Part shown: positions 1-14,015 of the stretch, in pieces | How the letters are laid out: the number at the start of each line of letters is the position of its first letter | How positions within the stretch are numbered: position 1 is the first letter of the stretch | NCBI GenBank assembly: GCA_951406725.2 | Contig: OX597821.1 | Coordinates: 104,532,001 to 104,596,000, forward strand | Direction of reading: 5' to 3' | Origin: Octopus vulgaris | Taxonomy: Eukaryota | DNA length: 64,000 nt | Position numbers and translations under genes: made by a program | Notes under the pieces: model-generated | What the model was told of the DNA's origin: nothing | Database searches by the model: none | Seen by the model: the letters and a program-made list of their open reading frames with translations, nothing else

Positions 1-2
1 AC

Positions 3-39
<37 letters not shown>

Positions 40-252
40 TGTGTGCCTGTCTGTGTGTATGTAGGTGTACGTGTTTGTGGACGTGTATCTTTGTGTTTGC
101 TTGTAAGCGTGTATCTAAGTATAGGTGTATGTCTATGTCAGTGCATTAATACATCGGACGCTGACACGCGAGAGTAAACGAACTGACACACACACAGACG
201 GAAACTCACACACTTTGTTTCGTGGCTATGTGCAAATTATTGTATGTGATGA

Positions 253-300
<48 letters not shown>

Positions 301-305
301 ATATA

Positions 306-338
<33 letters not shown>

Positions 339-636
339 TATACGCATATATGTACAATCATACATACATACATACATACTTACATACATGCACGCATACA
401 TACATATATATATATATATATATACATACACACACATAAAAACACACAAGTATATATTTATACTTATATACGTATACTTGTATATGTAAACATATATATA
501 TATATACATATATATATACATATATACATACATACATACGTACATACATACATACATACACATACATACATACATACATACATACATACATACATACATA
601 AAGGCATCTATACATACATTCGTACATACATACATA
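1..636. repeat. Compound microsatellites (TG)n, (TA)n, (TACA)n
   Basis: Directly visible; they account for the YIYI/HTHT ORFs. Confidence 0.95.
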
Positions 637-968
637 TGAAGAGGTGCAAGGATGCTCAGAAGCGCACAGAGACGTAACACAAACTCACGCATATATAGAC
701 ATATACTTATGAGAGTTAAACAATGAATCTTAGTATCAAACAAAACCCAGAACAAAAGAAATATCGTAACGAAAATGATAAATGAAATGAAATAAAAACA
801 ATCCACGCATCCCCAAAGAAAAGAAGAAGAGAAAAAAAAAAAACAGAATGAAAAACTCACCAGCACATCGATATAATCGAAAATAACAGAAAAATATATG
901 ATGATTCGTATATAATCTATATTTCCTATTGCACATTTTATTTGGGTTGAAGAAAAAAAAATAATAAA

Positions 969-1819
<851 letters not shown>

Positions 1820-1821
<2 letters not shown>

Positions 1822-3480
1822 GGTGTCGCCCCTGTCAGCAGCTGACTGGATACTCTGACATATTTCCTGTCAATACCTATTAGCACAGCGTCTGGCTGTC
1901 AGTTGGGTTTTATTTCTTGCCTTTCTGAATTCTGCACGCTTTGCTTCGATAACTGGCTCCAGCTCTGAGAGCCCAGCATTGAACCGATCTGGGTTTTGCC
2001 TTTCTCTCATGCTGAAAGTATCTATTGATGTGGTATACAAAGCTTCCCCGATATAATTCCACCTACATTCAGCAGAGGAGGTTGGGCAGCTACTGAGGGC
2101 AACCTTGATAGAAGCAGCAAAACATTTTCACAGTGTAGAGTCCGAGGTTCTGGCAGTGTTAATGCGTGGTCGGCCCACTTTTTTGGAGCGATGAACTTTT
2201 TTAGGCAGAATCCTCACCCTACTTCTAATAAGTGAATGGTCCGTGTCACAATCCGCGCTGTGGTAACTGAGGGTTTGTAGAACAGAATTCAGAAAGGATC
2301 TCCGTGTAATGATGAGATCCAGCTGATGCCAGTGGTGAGATCTTGGATGTCTCCAAGATGCCTTGTGGGGTGGCTTCTTGGTAAAGAATGTGTTTGTGAT
2401 GCACACGTTATGGTATGTGCAGAATTCGTGTAGTCTCTGACCATTGTCATTCATGTTGCCAATACCAAAGTGTCCAACACAAATGGGCCACGAATCATGG
2501 TCAGATCCCACGCGAGCGTTAAAATCCCCTAGAAGGTAGATATTTTCAGTTGTTTGTATATTTTTTAGGGCACAGTTGAGATCTTTGTAGAACTGGTCCT
2601 TGGTCTCCTCTGAGCTGTAGAGAGTGGGATGGGAGCATACATGCTGAGAAGATGTACTGAGCCAGAAGCAGTCGAGTGGCGCAGTGAGAGGATACGCTCA
2701 GTGCCTCCTGATGGTGGTTCTATTGAGGAGATTAATGAGTTTCTCACTTCAAAGCCAACGCCATGCTGACGAGGTTCTTCTGGATCGCTTCCCTGCCAAA
2801 TGAAGGTGAAATCCTGTTTTTGAGTTTGCCGTTTGAGGGAAGTCTTGTCTCCTGTAGCCCACTTTAGTTCACGGTCAATAATGGCCGTTTTCCTTGTGTC
2901 TTCAACCCTGGGTAGATCATCAGATATTCCATGGCACATGGTTCTGACATTCCAACTTGCCAACCGCAGGACTGGTGGTTTCTTTTTTTCTAGTTGTTTG
3001 CCTGGTGCAGAGGTTGCAGGACTCTTTTCAAGTCATACTCTTAGCCAAAAGCACCCAATGAAGCAGGCGGCCCGTGGCGCGTCAGCACCTTATTAACTGG
3101 GGGCTGCCCAGCTTGAGGTGGGCAGTAGCTAACCAATAGGACACGGATGTCCCTCCCACCGTCAGAGGTAACCCGTATCGCCCATATTTTACGCCAATTT
3201 GAATGGACTTATCACTCGTGACTGTTACCTCCCGTGTTGTTTCTGCAGCTTTTTACAGCAGCACTGAAGTGTTCTCTCCAGTTTTTCGCAGGTCTGGGCT
3301 AGATATGAGAAAGTCCTGGGTAGCTCAATCGTAAGGTTTCCTCTCTCGACCTTGCTGATGTAGTCCAAAGGAGTGCAGAGCATTACGTTTGGCACCAGCT
3401 TGGTTGCAGGAGCTGCCGGAAGAGTTTCGAGTCGAACACTAAACCGCCTTCGGGGCTCCACTCCGGATTTCTTTGATGGT
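1820..3480 (-). mobile_element. RTE-clade LINE, inverted 5' half (5' UTR plus APE endonuclease), frameshifted
   Basis: Minus ORFs 2565-2963 (ASWNVRT, HGVGF) and 2128-2511 (NDNGQRL, NTFF, WRHPRSHHWHQLDLII, DCDTDHSL) carry AP-endonuclease motifs typical of RTE elements. Confidence 0.9.
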
Positions 3481-3625
3481 TGTCTCCTGGATAGGGGCCC
3501 ATACTGGGTACTGTCAGCCGGAGCCAGCTCAGCCCGGAACTCGTGTCAGGCAGGGTCGTCACTCCCTGAAGTAGTGAAGAAGTTCGCTACCCACTACATT
3601 TTCAAGTAATGTTAAATTATTATTT

Positions 3626-5654
3626 GACACTCGTGTGATGTATGCCGGTTTGAAGAAGGCCCTCGGTCCATCCGCAACCAAGTCGGCCCCTCTGAAATCA
3701 AGTACTGGAGATCTCATCAGGTATCAAAGCAAGCAAATGGATAGATGGGTGGAGCGCTACCAGGATCTCTACTCACGGGAGACTACAGTAGCTGAGGCTG
3801 CAATAGAGAGTGTCAAGATCTTGCCAGTCATGTGCGAACTTGACAGTCCGCCATATATAGCAGAGCTCACCAAGGCTATTGACTCCCTAGCAAGTGACAA
3901 GGCTCCGGGAAATGACGGCATCCCCTCAGAGATCATCAAACCGGCAAAAACACCATCCCGCTTCGGCACCTTCATGAGCTTCTGTGTCAGTGCTGGGAAG
4001 AGGGTAAAGTCCCTCAGGATATGCGAGATGCAAACATCATTACGCTTTACAAAACCAAAGGTGACCGTGGTGATTGTAACAATTACCGTGGAAGCACTGT
4101 TGGAAAGACCTTTGCTCGCGTTATCCTGGCCAGGCTACAACTACTTGCTTCTCGAATCTATCCGGAATCGCAGTGTGGCTTTAGAAGAAGCAGATCAACT
4201 ATTGATATGATATTCTCCATACGCCAACTTCAGGAGAAGTCCAGAGAGCAGAAAATGCTATTATATATGGCCTTCATTGATCTAACAAAGGCCTTTGACT
4301 CGGTAAGTAGAAAAGGCCTCTTCATCCTGCTCCAAAAAATCGGATGTCCACCAAAGCTGCTGAGGATCATCAATTCTTTCCATGATGATATGCAAGGCAC
4401 CATACAGCACAATGGTTCAACATCAGCCGCCTTCCAAATAAAAAACGGGGTAAAGCAAGGTTGTGTCCTCGCTCCTACATTATTTGGCACTTCCTTCTCG
4501 CTCTTGCTCTCACATGCCTTTCAGACATCAGATGATGGAGTGTTTCTGCACAGTAGAAGTGACGGGAAACTGTTCAATCTCTCGCGCCTGCGTGCCTTGA
4601 CCAACATCAGAAACGTCCTGATCAAGGAGGTGCTATTTGCTGATGATGCCGCTCTGGTATCACACTCTGAAGAAGCCCTCCAAAGGCTCATTAACTGTTT
4701 TGAGCAAGCATGTAACGACTATGGCTTAGCTATCAGCCTTAAGAAGACCAACATCATGGGTCAGGCTACATCGGACATCCCAAACATATATATTGGAGAC
4801 AACAGATTACAGGAGGTGGAGAAGTTTACCTATCTTGGCTCTACCGTCACCTACAACCTATCCCTTGACGCTGAGCTCAATATACGCATTGGCAAGGCAG
4901 CTGCTGCGATGGCCCAACTCTCCAAACGGGAATGGGACAACAATAAGCTGACCAAGACCACGAAAATGAAGATCAACCAGGCATGTGTACTTAGCACTCT
5001 ACTGGAAGTGAGACTTGGACGCTATACACACGCCAGGTGCTTCGCCTAAACATCTTTACCTACGCTGCCTCCGGAAAATCCTCCGCATCAAATGATTCAA
5101 ATGGCAGAATCATATCCCCAACATAGATGTCCTCAAGCAAGCAGGAATACCAAGCATGTTTGCACTCCTCACACAAAGACGTATGAGATGGCTTGGGCAT
5201 GTTAGCCGTATGAAAGATGGCAGAATCCCCAAGGACATACTCTACGGAGAGCTTGCTAGGGGCACTAGGTCTGTGGATAGACCGTTCTTACGTTACAAGG
5301 ATGTTTGCAAAAGGGACATGAAGGCCTGCAACATCAATATTAGCAGTTGGGAAACAATTGCCAGCAACCGTGGAGATTGGCGACGTACCGTAAAAGAGGG
5401 AATACAAAGGAGTGACAGAGAGAGAGAGAGGAGAAATGAAAAGACAAGAAAAGACGTCAACAAGAAACTATGTCACTAAAACCAGCCAGGAATAGTCTTC
5501 GCTACATTTGCGGTACCTGCCAGAGAGAGTGTTTGTCCAGGGTAGGACTACACAGCCACAGTAGGGAATGTATCAGGACATGAAATGTAAAAGCCGGACT
5601 GGACTATTTTATGCGCAACTACATTGTCTCCCGAGACGAAAAGGATGCCAACCA
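3626..5654 (+). mobile_element. RTE-clade LINE, 3' half (reverse transcriptase plus C-terminus), frameshifted
   Basis: KAPGNDGI, PESQCGFR, FIDLTKAFDSV, GVKQGCVLAPTLF, LFADD, FTYLGS, RMRWLGHVSRM; ends cccgagacgaaaaggatgcc and runs into (TA)n. Confidence 0.95.
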
Positions 5655-5789
5655 ATATATATATATATACATATACATGAACTGATAATAAAATATAAAT
5701 AAATAGATATTAGCCTATGCTTGGCACCGTGTAAAATATATATATGTATATATAACTATGTATGTATACATATGCACATTTATATATAT

Positions 5790-5992
5790 CGTTGGACTCA
5801 CTGTGAGGGACTCATCCTTTTAGAAGAGTGGTCCTATCTTGCAGCGTACTGAGGCTGTTTCTTTTGCGTAATGAAAGAAGGCCTTTGGGTTTGACTCAAT
5901 GTTTTTTTATAACCCAGGCTTATTTTTCTGCTTCCTCCCTCACATAAGATTGTTGCAACCTTTTTTCGATCCCCATCACTGCTTGCACAACA
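5790..5992 (-). mobile_element. CR1/L2/Jockey-group LINE ORF2 fragment (linker between endonuclease and RT)
   Basis: Manual minus translation: IEKRLQQSY...KNIESNPKAFFHYAKETASVRCKIGPL. Confidence 0.55.
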
Positions 5993-6192
5993 GACATGAA
6001 ACATATATTTATAGAGTGTGGATGTACGTATTGCATATATTAAAAAAAAATCACACGCTTTCGATCAAGGGTGAAAGTGAAGCAATGTATTAAAATAATT
6101 TATTTGAAATTTACTTTTGCTTATATATCCATTAAAATATTTCCGTACGGCTATACTCCTGGAACCGTAATTTTCTGCATATACGAATCGAT

Positions 6193-6288
<96 letters not shown>

Positions 6289-6324
6289 CCTCCCACTCGC
6301 ACACACACACATTTAACACACAGA

Positions 6325-7058
6325 CATATATTGTTTTCTGAAATTACGGATGCAAAAGTAAAAAAATGTGGTAGACCGAACTGTGCAACATGTCCAAATC
6401 TGCTAGAAGGATCAGAATTCCTCTTCAAAGAGGGACAGAAATTCAAGATCAAATCTAATTTTACTTGTGCCTCTGAAAACATAATTTATGTCATAAAATG
6501 CTCGGGCTGCCACCAAGACTACGTGGGATCCACGGGACCATCACTCAGACGTAGATGCACACTGCATCGACAACAGATTGCATTACCAGAATACAGAATG
6601 ATACCTTTTAGTGAGCACATTGAGAAATGCGCAAAGTAACTAATTTTTAATCTTTCCATTTTACCAATGTGCTATCGGATCATCAACACAAATTAGACTA
6701 AACAAGGAAACATTCTTCATTGAAAAGTACAAGCCCAGACTTAACCACTCCAACATACTTATACAGAGAGATTCACCCCAAAGGAAAGAAAAACAAATTA
6801 AGCGATTATCTCCCTTACACCGGAAGAAATCACTGATTACCTCCCCTTATTTAGAACTCTTTTCAACATAAACATAACGATAACTCTCCTCAACATAAAC
6901 ATAACGACGTAAGAAATTTGAAAAGCTAAACGCGAAACCGGTCTTTCTTCTAAATTATGTCATTGTAAGAAAAAATTTATAATATTCTTCAGACATATTG
7001 ACTTAAATATATATTCTTTAACCTTTTAAAACAAGCCTTCTGTAGTTTTTTCACTTTT

Positions 7059-7060
<2 letters not shown>
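6325..7060 (+). mobile_element. Penelope-like element 3' end: GIY-YIG endonuclease plus pseudo-LTR
   Basis: [10 protein letters not shown]...[34 protein letters not shown] is the PLE CCHH/GIY-YIG pattern; premature stop at 6637-6639; flanked by (CA)n and (TA)n. Confidence 0.9.
6911..6949 (+). ncRNA. Minimal type-I hammerhead ribozyme motif, U3:A8 core variant
   Basis: aagaaa-t-TTGAAAA-gc taaac gc-GAAAC CG GTC-tttctt; stem I aagaaa/tttctt, palindromic stem III accggt. Confidence 0.65.
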
Positions 7061-7095
<35 letters not shown>

Positions 7096-8202
7096 AACAC
7101 ACACACGGAAAGATTGAGATAGAGAGAGAGGGACTGTCCATGTACTATATATGTATATATATATATATATATATATAACATATAAAGAAGTAGTGAACAC
7201 ATATTTTGCTCAGTCCGAGAAAATACTTCATGAGCTCTCTGTTAGCACACCATACTAACAATATTACTTATATTAGTAAAGAACTCCTAGTGCTCGCTTC
7301 ATATATTCCCATGTTATGGTTCATCACAAATCTGTGTCGCAAATCCGTTGATGGTCTCATACAAAATCTAGATTTTACCTATATATAAACAAGTGTAAAA
7401 TAACAGTCATTACATGTTTTTCATTTAGTGGATCAAATTTGGCTTCCAGCACTTTCTAGTAGACATTATAGATACCTTACTGATTGGTTTATTCTATTGG
7501 TCTATTGATCAATTGACGTAAATTGAAAGATATAAGAAAATTAATGCTACTTTCCTCAGAGCTATTTTTGGTTATAACAATAGACCACTGGAAGAATGGT
7601 TATTTTATGGGGAATGTGGGGGGAAAAGTTGGATATATTGAAGTATAATTGAGATAAGAGGAAGACAGGCTACAGAGGGACGAAAGTATGTCAGGGATGG
7701 TATAGGAATAATTTACTAGAAGTAGGGGTACTGTATTGACAAATCTACAAGAGGGAGGGTCTAAAACATTATACTTAAGCATGAAGACACGGATATAAAA
7801 AGAGAAGGGAGATAAGGAATGGATCGGGAAGACGCTAAAAACTTTTAACGAGGTCTTTATGTTTCTCAAGATTAGAAAAATTTGTCAGAGTATGTAGGAA
7901 TGACAATGCAAGAGGTGTATATTGATAATAAACACAAAAGAACGGAAAACAATGGATAGCAAATAAAATAGAATCAAATGCATGGTCATGCGTATTTAAA
8001 TACATTAAACGATATATACAGTCATATATAGACATGTATATTCATGGAAACTAGAATTTATCCCGTCACTGGCCTTTTACGCGACACCAACCATCAACCT
8101 AAATTGAGGTTCCTTATTTTGATTGTCTGACAATATTCAAAGTAAATCAACTTCTCCTGCTGTCTGTCTGTCACCCTCACTTTCTCTCTCCATCTCTCTC
8201 TT

Positions 8203-8238
<36 letters not shown>

Positions 8239-8864
8239 ATAAATATATATATATATGTATGTATCTTACGTTACATTAAAAATGAACTTCAGTCATGCTT
8301 CCTTGCTTGCTTGCAATGTTACACAGCCAAACCGGCGCATAATGGGGAAAAAATTGTGAACGTAAAGTGTCCATGAAATGTGAATACAAACGGAATAAAA
8401 CGAGTGGTTATTGAGATATTCAGCGTGTTGTTGTTATAAATACCCAAACCTTTCCATTACATATATTATGATGGAGAAAATATATTTAAGTGAAAAAGGC
8501 TTTAAAAATACGGTAAATATTTCGTAAAAGATCTGTCCCTAAGGTCGGTATTTATTTCGATTACATTCAACGTATCGTACCCCCAAAGATTTCTTGCAAC
8601 CACGTACCAGCTATTTTGTGACAAAGGAGCCGAAATACTTGTTACGTGATAGCAGGGTGTACAAGAAATAGCAGAACAAAGTTGTTTTTTTTCTGGGGAA
8701 AGGAGGCGTTTAGGCATAATTTCTAACTCGCATTCGTTGAAAGCATGCGAAGTAACCTGGAAAAGGAAAAGAAAACCCACGAAATAAAACTTCATTGCGC
8801 AGACGTGCACGGTAATTTGAATTATTTGTGACCAAATGGGACACGGGTCATATATATATATAAT

Positions 8865-9037
8865 CGCGGACGTGGCTGCTTCCGAACCACATCTGTCCGT
8901 GTTCAGTCCCACTGTGTGGTACCTTGGGCAACGTAGCCCGAGGACGTCCAAAGCCATGTGGATGGATTTCGTAGCTAGAAACTGAAAGAAGTCCATCGTA
9001 TATATGTATATATATATGCGTGTGTGTGTGTGTGTGT

Positions 9038-9076
<39 letters not shown>

Positions 9077-9245
9077 CGTGTGCTTGTGTCTATATTCGTT
9101 ACTCCACCACTGCTTGACAATTGGTGCAAGTGTGTTTATATCCACGTAACTTAACAGTTCGACAGAAGAGACCGATATATCAGGTACCGGGCTTATGAAA
9201 CCTAAATACTGGGTTGAATGCATTCGACTAAAAATTCTAATGGCT
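8865..9245 (+). mobile_element. tRNA-derived SINE family A (internal microsatellite), degenerate
   Basis: gttcagtcccactg..ccttgggcaa..gaaactgaaagaag shared with other copies. Confidence 0.8.
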
Positions 9246-9279
9246 AAAACATGTAAAAGATAAAACACACACACACACA

Positions 9280-9361
<82 letters not shown>

Positions 9362-9374
9362 TGTATGTGTGTGT

Positions 9375-9411
9375 GGAGGCGCAATGGCCTAGTGGTTAGG
9401 GCAGCGGACTG
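9375..9411 (+). mobile_element. Truncated SINE family C head (A box only)
   Basis: ggaggcgcaatggcctagtggttagggcagcggact matches the copy at 19316. Confidence 0.8.
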
Positions 9412-9426
9412 GTAGTGTTTGAGGAA

Positions 9427-9647
9427 TCCAACAGTTGTTTCTGGGGCCTTGGTGCTCCTGAATAATGATAGTTACTTGGATCCATTATCGGCTAACAGTA
9501 CCTCTGTCTTCCGGGGGCAATGTTACATCTGATGTGTTGACAGGATGTAAAATTCTTCCCTGAAGACGGGGTAAGTTATCTGATAGTTGAACGAAGTAAC
9601 TATCAATATTCCAGACCAGCATCAGCAACCCAGAAACAGCTGTTGGA
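9427..9647. repeat. Diverged inverted repeat of two hammerhead-bearing pLTR-like units
   Basis: Reverse complement of 9427-9527 aligns with 9545-9647 (gaagac..ggta, aagtaactatca, cccagaaaca.ctgttgga). Confidence 0.85.
9557..9647 (+). ncRNA. Type-I hammerhead ribozyme motif with extended stem II
   Basis: tcc-CTGAAGA(9560)-cgggg...accca-GAAAC AGCT GTT-gga. Confidence 0.6.
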
Positions 9648-9795
9648 CTTGTAAACTCTACACATATAACTCCTGATATGTCTATTCTGCAAGTTGGACT
9701 AGATCATATTTATACACATGTGCATTTCTTCTATTAACTGTATTTCATATTCTGTGTAAATCGTCTTGCCTGACTTGTTTCTCTTTACATCTACT

Positions 9796-9832
<37 letters not shown>

Positions 9833-9836
9833 ACAC

Positions 9837-9898
<62 letters not shown>

Positions 9899-10582
9899 AC
9901 CTACACATAAATGAAAGAATGGATTTGAACGACGATTTAACAAAATTCCTTTATTCTCGACATATGTTTCGAAGGCTGCATATTCCTAATTTCGAAGGAA
10001 TAAGGGGGTGCATAAGGGTGAATAAGGAACTTATGTCAGCATCAAGATGAACAAAAACTCTTATTAAATACACACACAAATTTCCACACAAAAGCACGTG
10101 CTCTCTGCCCCTGGCATGTAGCTTCAACCGTGTTTTTCTGACGTGAATTTTCTACCCAGGCATCGGTTAACCGAATTATCCATACTAAGAGAATTCATTC
10201 AACAACTTATATATATTTATATATATATATACACACCTAGCGTTCGATCTTACATGTATACTACACACAGTTATCGGCGGCTTTTATTCGCGAATACCGT
10301 CTATCATGTATGTGGCAGCGATTTTAAGAAAATGATCAAGGACAGAGCATTCTGGTAATATTATTTGGTAAGTCTCGTTTCTCCGGTGTCTGCATTAAGC
10401 AAATTTAAGTCTATATTCCCCAAAATACCAGTTTCTTTAAAATCTTACATGCCAATTAAATTAGGTAGTATGAATTCCTTTCCTTTTCGGTACAGTGACT
10501 GGAAACATTTTCTACAACATTCCAAAGCATATCATCACGAAGAGCTGGATGACTTGAGTAAGGTACTCAAGAAAGTTTCACT

Positions 10583-10831
10583 GTTACTCTTTTACTCTTT
10601 TACTTGTTTCAATAATTTGACTGCGGCCATGCTGGAGCAATGCCTTTAGTCGAGGAAACTGACTCCAGGATTTATACTTTGTAAGCCAAGTACTTATTCT
10701 ATTGGTCTCATTTTGCCGAACCGCTAAGTTACAGGGAAGTAAACACACCAGCATCAGTTGTTAAATGAGGGGGGGGCAAACACAGTCACACAAACATATA
10801 CACACACACATGCATACATAAATGCATATCT

Positions 10832-10862
<31 letters not shown>

Positions 10863-11034
10863 CATCTATACGACGGGCTTCTTTCATTTTCCCTCTACCA
10901 AATCCACTCAGAAGGCTTTGGTCAGCCCGAGGTTATATTAGAAGACACTTGCCCAAGGTGCCAGGCAGTCGAACTGAACCCGGAACCATGTGGTTGGTAA
11001 GCAAGGTACTTACCACTCAGCCACTACTGCGCCT
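10583..11034 (-). mobile_element. SINE family A, full length
   Basis: Reverse complement of the copies at 22838 and 32067; tail gtaaaagagtaaaagag. Confidence 0.9.
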
Positions 11035-11535
11035 CTTGCGGAATTATTTTGGGCCTGTTGTAAAATCAATTTGCATGACAGTAAAGCTCCTGCAGATTAT
11101 ACTGGCAGACACATTGTGATTTTTCGTGTTCCCTTAGAAGCCGTGCCATAAAAGGCTTAAGTGCGTGAACTTTAGTTAAACTTCACATATCCTCTCCCTT
11201 CTCAAATATTACAAATTCAACGAGCGAAGAACACGAGGTATCGAGAGGTCTTAAATTATTGATTAAAATCCTATGAAATTTCGATTTGGAAATAAAGGTA
11301 CACCGGAGTATGTAACTAATAAACTAGTTGTTTTAATCTTCACGATAATTAAAGCTTATATTAATGAACGATCAGTAATAATAATATTTAACTGTGACTA
11401 ATGGTAATGGGTTAAGCCCGCCTTGTATTCATATTGCTAAGTCCAGATTATTTTCAGCTCGCAAAAGTGCAGGATTTATATGGTATATGGCGTAACATTA
11501 ACATTTCTACCGAGTGCGTTTATTGGTGCACACTT

Positions 11536-11948
11536 GGATCTTTTCGGTTTGAACGGCAGTTTTTAACATAATTTCTAGTTAACTAAAAAATTTTAAACTT
11601 CGTATACTGGTAGAATGTGTTTATAAATCATCTTTTTCTCTTGGATTTATTTAGAAAATTCTATAGTTTGTAAGATATTTTTTGTTTTTTCTTCAATTTC
11701 TGCAATATCAACCAATCACTGACGTCTATTGAGGTAAAAAACATTCTGTGCCGTATGAATATGTCCCTCGTTTAAGAAACAGATTGGGTTCATTTACATT
11801 TGTGAAGAAAAAAATATACCCTTCCCCCACCCCTAACACTAACCCTAAAACATTGAAATGCAATAGATCGATACTTGGGTCATAATTATGGGTGACAATT
11901 TCATATGAAACCGCTAGAAAAAACTGCCGTTCAAACCGAAAAAGATTC
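11536..11948. mobile_element. MITE, about 413 bp, with ~28-bp TIRs and an 8-bp TSD
   Basis: ggatcttttcggtttgaacggcagttttt ... aaaaactgccgttcaaaccgaaaaagattc; flanks gcacactt (11528-11535) and gcacactc (11949-11956). Confidence 0.9.
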
Positions 11949-13062
11949 GCACACTCTATTGCAGATATTCGGGAAAAAATGCAGTTTGAAAATAACAATC
12001 ATAATGTTGATCCCTCATAACATGGATAACCTGGAAAAGAGCCTATGCATCTTCAACCCCCTTTAACAAAGCTGTTAATAAAATAATTGTGTTAATTATA
12101 GAGTCAGTAAAATTGTTGCTCATGTTTGAAATGTAATTAACTATGCCTAATCTAAGTTGTCGATCAAATCGCTATAATTTAAACCGTCTGCCGTTTTGAT
12201 TACATAATAGTGAAGATCATAAAATAAAGAATCACACAGTAATATACCAAATATTGAATAACAATTCATGTCTGACTAACTTTAAAAATAGTATTATATA
12301 AATTTCGTTGCCTAAGTCAATTAATATAGGCAACTAATCTTGAAATAGGAACGATGTTTAAATATGAAAAAATTAAATACACAATTACTTATATACTAAC
12401 AATGGTGCCATTACTCTTAATCAGTAACTTTTCAGATATAAAAAAAATAAATTTCGTAACAGCAATCTTTGGAAAATTGCAAGTAATTATTCTATAACTT
12501 ACTAATGTTAGGAGAGGAATACATGGACTATGTACTGAAAAATGTTATTTATGTAGGGGTGATGTACAGATTACTTCACTATGTTATGTATTGCAGCTGT
12601 ATATATTTACACATGGGGAAGTTCATTTCAATGAAAGCCATTCTAAATTGTAAACCATCCAACGAATCGATGAACAATTTTAGCGTTCATACCAATAAAC
12701 AATAGCAATGGTAATTTGTTACAGAATATTTTCTAGTGTATTATCCTATTATGCTGAAGAATGAGCTTAAGGATATCAAGAAATTGAGCGTTAAAATTAC
12801 AATGCCACGAAGCGATGTTATCCATTTTCACATTAAATGGATGCAAAGAAGACATTAGAAATTCTAATGCACTAGATTTAATGTGGTTTATCTCCCAGAT
12901 ATCTAGGTCAATGGAATGGTGATGTATATGTAATTATCTAACAGCTCTTTAGCTGTTTCCGTTTTGTCTATCAGTAAATGAGATCAGTTTTACTGGCGCG
13001 TCAATAACAATAAATTAAACATATAAACATACAAAGATATACATATATATACACATACATAG

Positions 13063-13110
<48 letters not shown>

Positions 13111-13134
13111 CGTATCATGGAATAATTAGAGTAA

Positions 13135-13320
13135 TTAATAATATTGATTTCCTATGTAAGCATAAGGCAATATATTTTGTTTGGGTCAAGGAAGGGTCGA
13201 TTTCTTTGACCACATTATGTGACAGGTAGCTATTATTTGACTCCTACACCGATGAAAATCAAATTCAACTCCGGCGAGACCTGTAATTAGTAGTTAAACT
13301 GATATAAAAATACCGCCCAT
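13135..13320 (-). mobile_element. SINE family B (Meta-domain-like), highly degenerate
   Basis: Weak reverse-complement match to the copy at 42983. Confidence 0.5.
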
Positions 13321-13609
13321 TCATTCATTAATATTATGGACACTAAGTTACACATTTTGGCGATGGGGCTCGCTCATTAAATTATCTGCAGTATTTCATT
13401 CATAATTTATTTAAAGTTCCCCTGGTGGGTTGAACGTCAACATTGATTGATCCCGCTCGTAAGAGAAATGTAGTGGGAGTAACAAAACGTAATGAAATAC
13501 TTCGAAAGTTTTAAAATATAACATCTAGAACAATAAATTTGTATATAAAATTTATTTGAAAAGCACACCCTTTACCATTGCTATCATTTCATATCAAGTT
13601 GTGCTAGTA

Positions 13610-13794
13610 GTTTTACTCATTGGAAAGCGTACGTTCTGGGGCACAACCTATAGGTATTTAGTCGAACACACCGACCCTAATTCTTATTTTTATGTCTTGT
13701 ATTTATTTTAACAGTCGCTTTAGCTGTACCACTAAGTTGCGGGTAAACAAACCAACACAGATTGACAAGCAATAGAAGGAGGATAATCAAAAAT

Positions 13795-13825
<31 letters not shown>

Positions 13826-13832
13826 TACACAT

Positions 13833-13863
<31 letters not shown>

Positions 13864-14015
13864 CATATATATGTAAGCGCATACACTCACATACATATAT
13901 AAATGTACACGACAGGCTTCTACGTAGTTTCCATCCACCAAATTCACTCATGAATAGCTGCTTTCCTTAGGCCTATAGTAACACACAATTGTACAAAATA
14001 TTTTACTGTGGCACT
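13610..14015 (-). mobile_element. SINE family A, degenerate
   Basis: gtttccatccaccaaattcactca, ctatagtaacacac, internal microsatellite. Confidence 0.65.

Noticed and set aside
3200-3625. Possible HDV-like ribozyme in the RTE 5' UTR, as known for some RTEs
   Set aside because: Could not assemble the nested double pseudoknot by eye; needs a descriptor search
7520-7960. Purine-rich possible RTE C-terminal relic
   Set aside because: No intact motif recovered
9905-10200. Possible hammerhead on the minus strand (cttcGAAACATATGTCgag)
   Set aside because: 3' half present but no CUGANGA-type box found
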